64,000 nucleotides of DNA, taken from an uncultured delta proteobacterium. GTDB taxonomy: Bacteria; Desulfobacterota; Desulfuromonadia; Desulfuromonadales; BM103. This document shows positions 1 to 9,143 of the stretch, one piece after another. The notes below the pieces were generated by a model. That model had not been told where the DNA came from. It made no database searches and saw only the letters and a list, made by a program, of their open reading frames with translations. A program made the translations under genes and the position numbers. How positions within the stretch are numbered: position 1 is the stretch's first letter; each line of letters starts with the position of its first letter. The stretch lies in contig CAVQRZ010000019.1 of the NCBI GenBank assembly GCA_963715335.1, positions 32,001 to 96,000 of the forward strand, read 5' to 3'.

Positions 1-509
1 CCAGAAGTTGTCCCTCAATTTCAACGGGCACGAAAATGCCCGGGATACAGCTGCTGGCCATTACTGCCTGTGAGACATCACCCTTTGCTCAGGGTGACCT
101 TTGTGCCATGGCTGAGGTCTGTTGCTAGCAGATAGAGAGGTATCCGGGCTTCGGCGATGTCCACGTTGCCCAGCAGTCTTGAGACCTGCCTGCCCAGGTC
201 ATCATTGCTGAGTATCCCGTATCTGGAGAGGGTGAAGCTGGTTACGTCCAGCCACTCCAACGCGACAACATTCTGTTCGATTTCGTCGGGGCTTTTACCG
301 AAAGCGTACAGGGCGGCGATCATTGCACCAATGCTGGTGCCGGAGATCCGGTTGATCTTTACCCCATATTCATCAAGAGCTTTGAGCACACCGATGTGCG
401 CCGCGCCGAGGACAGCGCCACCACCGAGAGCCAGGGAGATCCCTCCCTTGGGCAGGCGGGTGTTTTCCCATAATCTTGCCAGATGTTTCCATGTGGCTGA
501 AAAATCCAT
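1..509 (-). CDS. Patatin-like phospholipase (NTE/RssA family); runs off the window start; +1 frameshift near 82
   Basis: LALGGGAVLGAAHIGVL Gly loop and GTSIG nucleophile motif. Removing one G at AAAGGGTGA (81-83) continues the frame as GDVSQAVMASSCIPGIFVPVEIEGQLL. ATG at 509 overlaps the upstream TGA. Confidence 0.9.
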
Positions 510-884
510 CAATTCCTTCCTGTGAAATCAACAGCAATAACTTTGCCACCAAACCCATGCACACGGTCATGGGCTCTCACGGTCACCCGGTCGAGGTGAC
601 CCGGGATTTCCACTCCGGAGAGACTTCTCGTGAAGGGCTGTTCGTTGACGTGGGGATGGTGAAGGACTCTGGTCCCCAGGACGCTGCCGTCGACATCAAT
701 GATCTCCCAACGGTCGGCATAGTGGTCCCAGCCGGTGTCCCTGGTGCGATACCGTCACCTGGAAGGTGTAGCCGCCCCGACCGGTTGCTTCTACATCAAC
801 CTTGACGACGTCGGCTTCCCCGGCGAAGACGGCGATGCACTGGCAAATCAGGCATGCAGCGAACAGGCCCAGTTGTCTGACCAT
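509..884 (-). CDS. Secreted His-rich hypothetical protein; +1 frameshift near 740
   Basis: N-terminal signal peptide. Removing one G (739-741) gives ...VTVSHQDTGWDHYADRWEIIDVDGSVLGTRVLHHPHVNEQPFTRSLSGVEIPGHLDRVTVRAHDRVHGFGG...; stop forms a TGATG overlap with the patatin start. Confidence 0.75.
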
Positions 885-899
885 CCTTTTTGCCTTTCC

Positions 900-1817
900 C
901 TAGCCCGGGGTGCCTGGCATATTGATGCCAAGCGAGTCCGCCTTTACGGCAAATTCGCGCGCCTCGCGCGACGGTTTGCCGTTGTTCGGATCGACCCACC
1001 CCTTTTCAGCCAGCCACGCCTGTGCTCCGACCTGATCTCCGGCGATCAGAATGCGCATCAGCTCAACCTCCAGGCCGGACATGCGCATGGCATTCAACCG
1101 GTAGTCCTTGAAAGCCTCCCAGACAAAGGGAACCCAGCGTGCGACGATCTCTTCGCCGATCAGGGTGGCATACCGGCGGATTTCGTATTGGGCATGCGCA
1201 TCCATCCGCAGGGCCAGAAAGTGCAGCAGATTGTGCAGGTCGATCGACCAGTAGGCCTCGGTGTAGGTGGAGAGAGGCAGGTCCTTGCGGGCCTGCTCCC
1301 GGGCTACGCCACGTTCAATGCGCGCCTGGTAAAGGGCTTTTGCAGAGCGGTGAAAGTCTTCTTCTTCGGCACTCAGTTGCTCACCATCCCGGGGATCGAG
1401 AAAGCCTTCGCTACCCTGCTTGTTCAGAGCCGTCTGCAGACGCCACTCGCCGGGCAGGGTTCCCTGTTGATCGGCAATCGCCTCGGAATAGCGGGTGCTG
1501 TACTCGTTGACCGATGCCGTACGGTGACGGATCCACTGCCGCCAGCAGTCCATCGGTACGCGAATATGCAGCTTCAGCTTGCACATTTCGAAAGGGGTGG
1601 TGTGAGCATTGCGCAGCAGGTAGCGTATCAGGCCACGGTCCTCATGCACCTGTTTCGTTCCGGCCCCGTAGGAGACTCGCGCGGCCTGAACGATGGCCGT
1701 ATCATCACCCATGTAGTCAATGACCCGGATATGGCCATGATCAAGGACCGGAAAAGTCTGGCCGAGGATAGCGTCAAGAGCGGGAACTGCGGCGCGGTTG
1801 ATGTGGGTATCCTTCAT
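900..1817 (-). CDS. thyX: FAD-dependent thymidylate synthase
   Basis: ThyX motif RHRTASVNEYSTRY, plus HTTPFEM, AREQARKDLP and HAQYEIR. Confidence 0.97.
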   Translation of the reverse strand: MKDTHINRAAVPALDAILGQTFPVLDHGHIRVIDYMGDDTAIVQAARVSYGAGTKQVHEDRGLIRYLLRNAHTTPFEMCKLKLHIRVPMDCWRQWIRHRTASVNEYSTRYSEAIADQQGTLPGEWRLQTALNKQGSEGFLDPRDGEQLSAEEEDFHRSAKALYQARIERGVAREQARKDLPLSTYTEAYWSIDLHNLLHFLALRMDAHAQYEIRRYATLIGEEIVARWVPFVWEAFKDYRLNAMRMSGLEVELMRILIAGDQVGAQAWLAEKGWVDPNNGKPSREAREFAVKADSLGINMPGTPG

Positions 1818-1974
1818 GTCACGATCCTTTCGGGGGATTCAAGTCTACACCAGGGGCCAGTCTCTTCCTGACCGGCACGAAATGTCAGGCTCATTTCGAC
1901 AAACAACATCTCCAGAATAACAGAACAAGGTCTCTGATAAGAAAGCATTCTCTCATCCTCTCGGGATATCTCCA

Positions 1975-2716
1975 TCAGGCCAGCGCCAGACTGGCAAATT
2001 TCTGTAAAATCGAGTTCGCCTCCGGCGTTTCCCGGATGGCGCTCAACAGTGCAGCGGGTTCCCGCCCGGCACCGGTCAGGCTTTCCGCCTGGGCCAGGAG
2101 GTAATCCCGCATGATGCGGCTGTCATATTCCGGGTGGAACTGGACTCCCCAGGCACAGGGTCCGAGACGGAAGGCGTGATGCGGTTCGAAATCATTTTCG
2201 GCCAAGAGCATGGCACCGGGCGGCAGGGCGAGCACCGACTGGGAGTGGGTGGTGTGTACCGGGAAGTGCTCCGGCAATCCGGAGAAGAGAGGATCCTCAT
2301 CGCAGGCCGCGCGCAGCCGGATATCGAAGGTCCCGACCTCCTTGCCACGCGGATGGTAGTCAACCTGGCCGCCCATGGCGCGGCCGAGCAGTTGATGGCC
2401 GTAGCAGATGCCCAGCAGGGGGACTTGCGCCGCCACGATCGTTTGAATCCAGGCTTCGATGGCCAGACTCCATGGCAGATTGTCCGTTACCATGCAGTGC
2501 GCACCGGTGATGATTGCTCCGCTACAGCTATCGGTTGAGGGGCAATTCGCCACCTTGAGCGGCATTGACCACGCAGATATGCTCACGCTCAATACCCATT
2601 CCACGGATGGTCATTGCTTCGAAGTCGCCATATCTGCTGGCTGTGTCGGCAAAAGTGGAACCGGCCTTGATAATGTAGAGTGTCTTCACTGCTTCTTTGA
2701 GGGATAGGTTGTTCAT
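1975..2716 (-). CDS. Class I glutamine amidotransferase (stand-alone, GMP-synthase-like); +1 frameshift near 2540
   Basis: LGICYGHQ nucleophile elbow and GVQFHPE. The N-terminal ORF 2528..2716 (YIIKAGST...GDFE) joins after removing one C from CCCC. Confidence 0.9.
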
Positions 2717-2739
2717 GTGTCAACCGTGTTTTGTTGAGT

Positions 2740-3718
2740 CTAGGAGGCCTTCGGAGTCTCACGGAAGAGAGCCGTGGAGAAATAGCGCTCCATGCGGTCC
2801 GGGAAGACGGTGACGATTTTCAGGGCCGGGTCGAGCTGCCTGGAGACTTCGAGGGCGGCGGCGAAGTTAAGGCCGCTGCTCGGCCCGACGGCAAAGCCCT
2901 TTCTGATCAGGGCCCGGGTCGTCTCCAGGGCCAACTCTTCTTTGATCTCGATTGCAACCATACCTACGAGATCCGCTGACCGCAGAATCCCCGACTGGTT
3001 GTCCATGACCCCTGGTATACAGGTGCTGAAACTGCAGCTGTCGGCCTGCTGAAAACAGCCATTGGCATAGCAGGCCTCTTCACTGACGCAAACCGGCCGG
3101 GCCATGACCGGAACTGCGTTGCAACCGGAATCGCGAAAGCCGTTGTACAGTCCGACCAGCGTACCGCCGGTGCCGACCCCGCTGACCACTGCACCGACCG
3201 TGCGTCCGGGTATCTGCGCCAGGATTTCATTCGCGGTGCCGCGTCGGTGTGCTTCCGCGTTGTCACGGTTTTCAAACTGACGGGGGAGGAAAGCCCCTTC
3301 CGTGCGGGCCAGTTCTTCGGTCAGGGCAATGCAGCCGGGCATGCCTGATTCGGCAGGGCAAAGTCTCACCGTGCCGCCGTAGGCTTTGATCATTTGGATG
3401 CGTTCGTTGCTCACACCGTTCCGGCATGATGGCGACAAATCGCAGGCCCAACTGGGCACAGACCATCGCCATAGCGATGCTGGTCGAGCCGCTTGAAGCT
3501 TCGCAGACCAGTGACCCAGGTCCGATAACCCCCTCACGCCATGCCTTGGAAAGGATGTATGCCGCGATACGGTCCTTGGTGGAACCCGACGGGTTAAGGT
3601 ACTCGAGTTTGCACCAGATCCGCGGTTGGTCAGATTCAAGTTGCACCGCCTGCAGTGGCGTCGGAGCCACTGACTCGACCAGGCGGCTGAGAGTCGGAAG
3701 TTCAGGTTGACTAGCCAT
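2740..3718 (-). CDS. PLP-dependent cysteine synthase family protein; +1 frameshift near 3418
   Basis: KLEYLNPSGSTKDR PLP-lysine motif, EASSGSTS, QFEN, GVGTGGT, GPSSG and FPDRMERYFS. The two ORFs join at MPE-GVSNER. Confidence 0.9.
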
Positions 3719-3732
3719 AAGCACTCATCAGG

Positions 3733-4192
3733 TCAGTTCGGGAGCAGAAACTCAGAACTGAAATTGAAGCGGTAGATTTCGAAGGAGTCACCTCTTTCAA
3801 GCAGGTTGAGATTGATTTCGGCATCAGCGTTTTCGTATTTCGCAGCAATCGTGTATTCGAGAATGGTTTGCTTGCCGATCTCGGTTTCCTGGTCGAGGTG
3901 GGCCTTTTTGAACTTCGGTTCGTCGATGCTTTGCAGGGCACCCAACTTGGAGAAAAAAAGCATGCCCCGGATAAATTTTTCATCCGGTATGGCTGCGACG
4001 ACCTCAGGGATCATAAGCGCCTTGGCTGTCTCGGGGTCCCATTTCGAAATCTCCGGGATGACTCTCCTGGATATAGGGGATCGCCGTCTTGTCAAATTCA
4101 GCGCCCTGGTAGCTCTTGTAAATCTCGAGACCGCCTACTAAAGAAGCGATGCTGACGGCCCAAACTGCGATTAACACAAAATACTTTTTCAC
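3733..4192 (-). CDS. Membrane-anchored hypothetical protein; +1 frameshift near 4066
   Basis: N-terminal TM helix (ORF 4004..4192) joins ORF 3733..4095 at PYIQ-RVIPEISKWD after removing one G. Confidence 0.7.
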
Positions 4193-4240
4193 AAATTGCC
4201 TTTCATTTGCGGTTTATTTTTTTAAGACAAGGGAAGAGTG

Positions 4241-4574
4241 CTACTGGTCAGCGAGTACCAGCTGCGCACCGAAACCGAGAGAAACGATCCCGGTCGCCCA
4301 GCGTATGGCCTTTTGTGCTTTGCCGGAGTTCTTCAGCCTGCGTGATATCCCGCTGCTGAAAAAAATCAGGTGGGTATGAACAATGCCGGCAACCAGGGCG
4401 TGCATGGCACCCATGGCAGAGGATCTCGGCGGAGTTGCCAAGGTTGCTGATCATACCGTATTTCCTGCCGTGCCCGAGCGTGGTCGATATGGTGTATACC
4501 CAGCTGGGTCCGGGAGACAATGCGATCATTAAGCACACGGTAAGAAAACCCAGGTAAGGTGCGACGTTGCTCAT
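4241..4574 (-). pseudogene. LysE/RhtB family translocator remnant with internal deletion
   Basis: N-terminal LSPGPS..ISTTLGHGRKYG motif fused out of frame to a C-terminal IRWATGIVSLGFGAQL helix. About 110 codons in total versus about 200 typical. Confidence 0.7.
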
Positions 4575-4810
4575 AGAGGCCTCATTACGCTAAAATTCCC
4601 GGGAAGGGTATCATTTTAAATATCGAGACACCATACTTAATTGTTGCGGGCTCCTCAATATCGATGCCCGGACTGGAAAAGACGACGATCCGGCTTTCTG
4701 CCTTTTTCATCTCAGCCCGAATAGGTTTTCCAAGACGATGGCGAAACAAGTATACTGTTGCAGAATCGGAGCTAAAATGACGGGCACACCCAACCGTTCA
4801 GGGGAATAAA

Positions 4811-5389
4811 ATGGCGAGACAGTTAAAACCGGTCAAAGTGGACAAGCTGGTCCCGAAGAAGCCTTATGGCCTGGTGGTCGTGATCACCGGCAATGGCAAG
4901 GGCAAGACAACCAGCGCCATGGGTATGGTCCTCAGGGCCAGCGGTTATGGCATGAAAATCTGCATCATCCAGTTCATGAAGGGGGACCTTTATTCCGGGG
5001 AATGGGATGGTGTGAAGCTGCTTGGCGAGCGGGTGGAGATGCACACCACCGGAATGGGCTTCTGCGGTATCCAGGGCAACCCCTACAGCCGTGAAGAACA
5101 CCGCGCCAACGCCCAGGCCGCAATTGAGCTTGCCATGGACAAGATCAAGAGCGGTGATTACGATATTGTCATTTTGGATGAAATCAATAATGCCCTGAAA
5201 CTGAAGCTGGTCGATCTCGACCAGGTTCTGGGCCTGGTGAAGAGCAAGCCGGTGTTGATGCACATGGTTTTGACCGGGCGCGACGCCCATCCCGATCTCG
5301 TGGACATGGCCGACACGGTCAGCGAAGTCTGTGAAATCAAACACGCCTACCGTAAAGACATCGAACCGCAGCCGGGGATTGATTACTGA
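4811..5389 (+). CDS. cobO: Cob(I)yrinic acid a,c-diamide adenosyltransferase (CobO/BtuR)
   Basis: TGNGKGKTT P-loop, IQFMKG, ILDEI, LTGR, and KHAY...GIDY end. Confidence 0.95.
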   Translation: MARQLKPVKVDKLVPKKPYGLVVVITGNGKGKTTSAMGMVLRASGYGMKICIIQFMKGDLYSGEWDGVKLLGERVEMHTTGMGFCGIQGNPYSREEHRANAQAAIELAMDKIKSGDYDIVILDEINNALKLKLVDLDQVLGLVKSKPVLMHMVLTGRDAHPDLVDMADTVSEVCEIKHAYRKDIEPQPGIDY

Positions 5390-5453
5390 GTCAGGGCTTG
5401 CCGCGGGATTGCTGTCGCCGCACCGGAGGGGCGGGGGGAAAAGGGCGGACCGA

Positions 5454-5879
5454 TTATCGCCAACCGATCGGCTGGTAGCCTTTGTCGAGCAGGCACTGGT
5501 CAACGAAGCGTTTATATATTTGCGTTGGCTCCGAGGCGTCGAACGCACCGCTGACCAGGGTTGCCGTAGCCGCTCCCGCGCCACCGATCGCAGCTCCTTG
5601 GCCGACGCTTGTGCCTGAAGAAATCGCTCCGACAACCGCTCCCGTGGACGCTCCGACCGCACCGGCTTTGGCTGTGCTTTTGGCGACGTCTTCGCTCCTG
5701 TTGGCGTTGGCTCCGCTGGCTTCGGCCGCACGCATGCACGCATTGATGTCCGCGTCGGCCTGCTGCTGCCCGACCCTGTTCAGGTGGGCGTTCGGGTAGA
5801 GGACCGGTCGCCTCGCGCTGGAACAGCTGGAAAGAGCCAGCAACACGGCCAGGATCATGATGCTATAGGTTGTTTTCAT
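5454..5879 (-). CDS. Glycine-zipper lipoprotein
   Basis: Lipobox LSSC, GAVGASTGAVVGAI...GAAIGGAGA zipper, C-terminal FVDQCLLDKGY. Confidence 0.85.
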   Translation of the reverse strand: MKTTYSIMILAVLLALSSCSSARRPVLYPNAHLNRVGQQQADADINACMRAAEASGANANRSEDVAKSTAKAGAVGASTGAVVGAISSGTSVGQGAAIGGAGAATATLVSGAFDASEPTQIYKRFVDQCLLDKGYQPIGWR

Positions 5880-5981
5880 TGCGTTCCCCGTAAGCTTGAT
5901 TCGCTGCCTTTGACATGTCCATCGTATCGCATCGTGATTCCCGGAACAACGCCTAGTTCGGGATCGTTTGACTCGATATGA

Positions 5982-6980
5982 TTACCTCAGGTCGGGGAGT
6001 CCGACAAAGCTGCCGTTGTTGTCCTCTGCCAACCGCCGCATCAGGGCCGCGAAACGGGCGGCGTTTTGTCCCGCTCCAGGCTGGGCCAGTAGCACTGGGA
6101 AGCCGACGGTGTGGATGCGTACCCGGCTGTCCCTGCCGTTGCCTGCCGCATTCTTCTTGCGGATCGTGTCGATCACATTCTGCATGAGCCCACCGGAAAA
6201 GTCGTCACCGAAAACATAGAGGCTGATCTTTTTGTCTGGCGCGTAGAAGCGCCCGATTGCCATGGTAATCCCTTCGACCGGGCTGGAGTTGGAGAAAGGC
6301 GCCCAGGTGGAAAGGCGTTCCAAAATCGCCCGGCGGCGGGCGTTCGAGTCCGGAATCCAGTTCCCGGCATACTGGGAGAACATGTAGTCGCCCATATCGT
6401 TGAGCACCTGTATCCCTTTGACCCGCGGGTAGATATCCAGAATTTCCTTCATCTTCTGACGGACCAGCGGCCAGGCGAAACGCTGCATGCTGCCGGAGGT
6501 GTCGATGACGAAGATAATGTATTCACTGTCTACCGGGATGCCGCCGATGACGGCGTCCTCTTTCGGCCTCTGGTATGCGGAATTCAGCCGGCGCATCTCA
6601 TCGGTCAGTTCCTGTTTGGCACTTTCCAGTTTGTCCGCGATGACACTCTGGGCTTCGGAAGCTCTGCTGTCGAGACGATATTCTCCCTCGATGCTGGTCA
6701 GGGCGCCCTGCAGGCGAGCCAGCTTTTCCTTGTGCTGGGAAAGCTGCTCCTGCTTGGCGATCAGGTGTCGGTTGAGAATCTGGGTATCACCACGGATTTC
6801 GTGAAGTTCCTCCTCGAGCCTGATCACCAGGCCGGAGAGATCGGTGCTGGTCTGTTCGATGACCCGTGGCTCGGAGATCTTCGAGATGACCAGTAACAGG
6901 ATTATGGCGCCGAAGCCACAGGAGATCACGTCAAGGAAGGAGAGGTTGAAAACCTCGAACTGGCGGCGTCGTCTGCTCAT
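5982..6980 (-). CDS. Single-TM coiled-coil vWA-domain protein (ExbD/MotB-like N-terminal helix), paralog 2
   Basis: FNLSFLDVISCGFGAIILLLVI TM helix with Asp, heptad-rich region, MIDAS IDTSGSM, FGDD. Confidence 0.88.
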   Translation of the reverse strand: MSRRRRQFEVFNLSFLDVISCGFGAIILLLVISKISEPRVIEQTSTDLSGLVIRLEEELHEIRGDTQILNRHLIAKQEQLSQHKEKLARLQGALTSIEGEYRLDSRASEAQSVIADKLESAKQELTDEMRRLNSAYQRPKEDAVIGGIPVDSEYIIFVIDTSGSMQRFAWPLVRQKMKEILDIYPRVKGIQVLNDMGDYMFSQYAGNWIPDSNARRRAILERLSTWAPFSNSSPVEGITMAIGRFYAPDKKISLYVFGDDFSGGLMQNVIDTIRKKNAAGNGRDSRVRIHTVGFPVLLAQPGAGQNAARFAALMRRLAEDNNGSFVGLPDLR

Positions 6981-8074
6981 GGCCAGTCCCTCGTCGGGGT
7001 CAGGAAGGAGCCTTTGGTTTCGATGGCCAGTTGCCAGAAGGAGACGGCGGCCATCGGATCGCCTTCCATGGGAAAGAGGATGGTGTTCACCGGCACAGCC
7101 TTTGGCAGTTTCGTCACGGCCTGGTGGAACAGGCTCAACCGCTCTCCCCCCGAAATCGTTGTTTGGCCCGACTCGCGTTCACCCTGAGTCGGCAGACCAT
7201 CGGTGAGCAGCAGGATATTGTCGGGCCGCGGTCCCATGTGAGCGACCGCAGAGAAGGCATTGAAGAGGCTGGTTCCGCCTTGCGGGATGGTTTGATTGAG
7301 GGCTGCGAGCATGCGGTTGACGTTGGACGTGTCCGTGCCGTCAACCCATTTCCCCTGCAGGTTGGCCACCACCGGGACGGCCTTGGTGTTGAACGTGTAA
7401 ATTTGCAGGGCACTGTCAGGCGGCAGGTTGGCGACGAGCCATTCAACCGTCCTGATGGTGCGCCTCCATTTCGGCGAGTCCCTGCGGGATCGTTCGTCGA
7501 GGTTGCGGCGGATGATGATGTTGACGATCGTTTCATCAAGCATGCTGGCCGAAGCGTCGACCAGCAGCAGGACCCGCTTGCCGCCGAGGCGCAATCCGGT
7601 CAGGTACTGCCGGTCACCCTGGCCGACAAATTCACGGACTTGCGCGCCTTTGGCCAGTTGCGTCTGCTGGTCCGCGCCGATCCGGCTGACCTTCTCGTCG
7701 AGGTTGAGCAGGTCAGACTGGAGGGTATTGATATGCGCTTTCGAGGCCTGGCTTTTGCCCTGCAGGGTAGCCAGTTCGACCTTGGTCTGCTCGATCCTGG
7801 CGATGACTTCCCTGGACAACCCTTCGGTCCGGACTATCTCCGCCTCGGTTTCAATCATGCTGTTCTGCAGGCTGACCAGGAGCTCTTCGCCGGCCCGCAC
7901 TTCGCGCTCCATGCGGGTTACTTCACTGCGCAGGTCGGCGACGATCTCCTTCCTGGTTGTGAGCATGTCGCCGTTCAGCAACATCACCAGCAGGACGACG
8001 GCGCCGAAGCCGCAGCACATGATGTCGAGGAAAGACAGGTTGAACTCTGAATTACTTCGCCTGTTTTTGGGCAC
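6977..8074 (-). CDS. Single-TM coiled-coil vWA-domain protein (ExbD/MotB-like N-terminal helix), paralog 1
   Basis: FNLSFLDIMCCGFGAVVLLVML TM helix with Asp, coiled coil, MIDAS VDASASM, GGTS, LLTDGLP; ATGA overlap with the next gene. Confidence 0.88.
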   Translation of the reverse strand: MPKNRRSNSEFNLSFLDIMCCGFGAVVLLVMLLNGDMLTTRKEIVADLRSEVTRMEREVRAGEELLVSLQNSMIETEAEIVRTEGLSREVIARIEQTKVELATLQGKSQASKAHINTLQSDLLNLDEKVSRIGADQQTQLAKGAQVREFVGQGDRQYLTGLRLGGKRVLLLVDASASMLDETIVNIIIRRNLDERSRRDSPKWRRTIRTVEWLVANLPPDSALQIYTFNTKAVPVVANLQGKWVDGTDTSNVNRMLAALNQTIPQGGTSLFNAFSAVAHMGPRPDNILLLTDGLPTQGERESGQTTISGGERLSLFHQAVTKLPKAVPVNTILFPMEGDPMAAVSFWQLAIETKGSFLTPTRDWP

Positions 8075-8083
8075 GGGGCGACC

Positions 8084-8893
8084 TTATGGCAACGGCTTGG
8101 TGCGCAGCTTGTTGATCAGGTTCTGGTGGCAGTAGCTGTCGGCGTCGAGAATCAGCCGCTCCTGCCGCAGTTGGAGCTGGTGGATGAAAAACATCAGAAT
8201 GATGCTTAAGACCAGGGCGATAAACGTCGAGTTGAAGGCGACCCCGAGGCTCTGTGTAACGCCCGTGATATCTCCCTCGACGGCGCGGTGCGCCTGGGAG
8301 AGGGCAGCACCGATACCGCGGACGGTACCGATGAAGCCAACCGAGGGGATCGCCCAGGCGACGTAGCGGATGATCGAAAGCTCCGAGTCGAGGCGGTCGC
8401 CGTGGGTGTCACAGGCGGTCCGGACCGCTGTTGCCGCATCCTGGATGTTGCGGGTCGATGCGAATCTCTGGGTTGCACTCAACAGTGCCGTGGGCAAAAG
8501 GAACCGACGGCTCTCTCCGGGAAGGTCCTGCAGCCGACCGATCAATTCCCGGGTGTCCTCGGGGCCGATCGGCATGTTCTGCGGAAGTTGCAGGAGGTCT
8601 TCCTCCAGTTGTCCCTGCTGGCGCCAGACAACGACCCCTTTGTAGGCGAGAATGGCCAGTGCCCAGAAGAACAGGATCATGCAGGCTTCCTGTTCAAAGT
8701 CCTTGATCACGACGTAGAAGTTCTGTTCCTGAACGGCATCAGGCTGTTCCGCCATGCGGACCTGCTCCGCCGCCAGAAACGAGTCGGCCTGGGGGCGAAT
8801 CAGCGCGACGTAAGCGCCGTGCACGATAATGAAGACCACCAGCAGGCTGAAAACCTGGTAAACCATTTCGATAGGGAAGTTCTTTCTGCGCAT
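8084..8893 (-). CDS. MotA/TolQ/ExbB proton channel family protein
   Basis: Four hydrophobic segments including WAIPSVGFIGTVRGIG and LGVAFNSTFIALVLS. Start taken at MRRKNF (ATG 8893, upstream GAGG). Confidence 0.92.
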   Translation of the reverse strand: MRRKNFPIEMVYQVFSLLVVFIIVHGAYVALIRPQADSFLAAEQVRMAEQPDAVQEQNFYVVIKDFEQEACMILFFWALAILAYKGVVVWRQQGQLEEDLLQLPQNMPIGPEDTRELIGRLQDLPGESRRFLLPTALLSATQRFASTRNIQDAATAVRTACDTHGDRLDSELSIIRYVAWAIPSVGFIGTVRGIGAALSQAHRAVEGDITGVTQSLGVAFNSTFIALVLSIILMFFIHQLQLRQERLILDADSYCHQNLINKLRTKPLP

Positions 8894-8909
8894 CGCTTGT
8901 CCACCTCGT

Positions 8910-9143
8910 TCAGATGTCTGTTGGGAAAGGGACCATGCTGTCGGCACTGACTTCTTCGGTTGGCTTGTAAGGGCGCGGCCACTGCACCGCATCCTTCTTG
9001 TCGACGGCATCCTGCCCGGAGCTCTTTTTTGTCTCGCTCGTCCCAGGCTTCTTGGCGGAATCCTTGTCGGGTTGTTTGTCTGCCGCCGTGCCGTTGCCAA
9101 CGACCAGCAGCAGCAGAAGCATGGTCAAAAGGATCGTCCTCAT
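8910..9143 (-). CDS. Small secreted protein with C-terminal YKPTEEVSADSMVPFPTDI motif
   Basis: Clear signal peptide, Lys/Asp-rich linker, ATGA overlap with the upstream gene. Confidence 0.8.
   Translation of the reverse strand: MRTILLTMLLLLLVVGNGTAADKQPDKDSAKKPGTSETKKSSGQDAVDKKDAVQWPRPYKPTEEVSADSMVPFPTDI

Noticed and set aside
78..80. TGA ending the patatin ORF as a Sec codon
   Set aside because: The homologous sequence continues in a different frame, so this is a frameshift rather than readthrough
735..1871. 378-aa plus-strand ORF, and similar long antisense ORFs (4823..5743, 7031..8050, 43145..44287, 53901..54887)
   Set aside because: Shadows opposite well-supported genes in GC-rich DNA; no recognisable motifs
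4575..4810. Possible cobalamin riboswitch upstream of cobO (also sought upstream of metH and metF)
   Set aside because: No B12-box or other conserved core could be identified
5982..8893. Zorya anti-phage system (ZorA/ZorB) or Bat/MoxR-vWA operon
   Set aside because: No long ZorA cytoplasmic tail, no OmpA-like ZorB domain, no ZorC/D/E effectors, and no MoxR AAA+ or DUF58 gene
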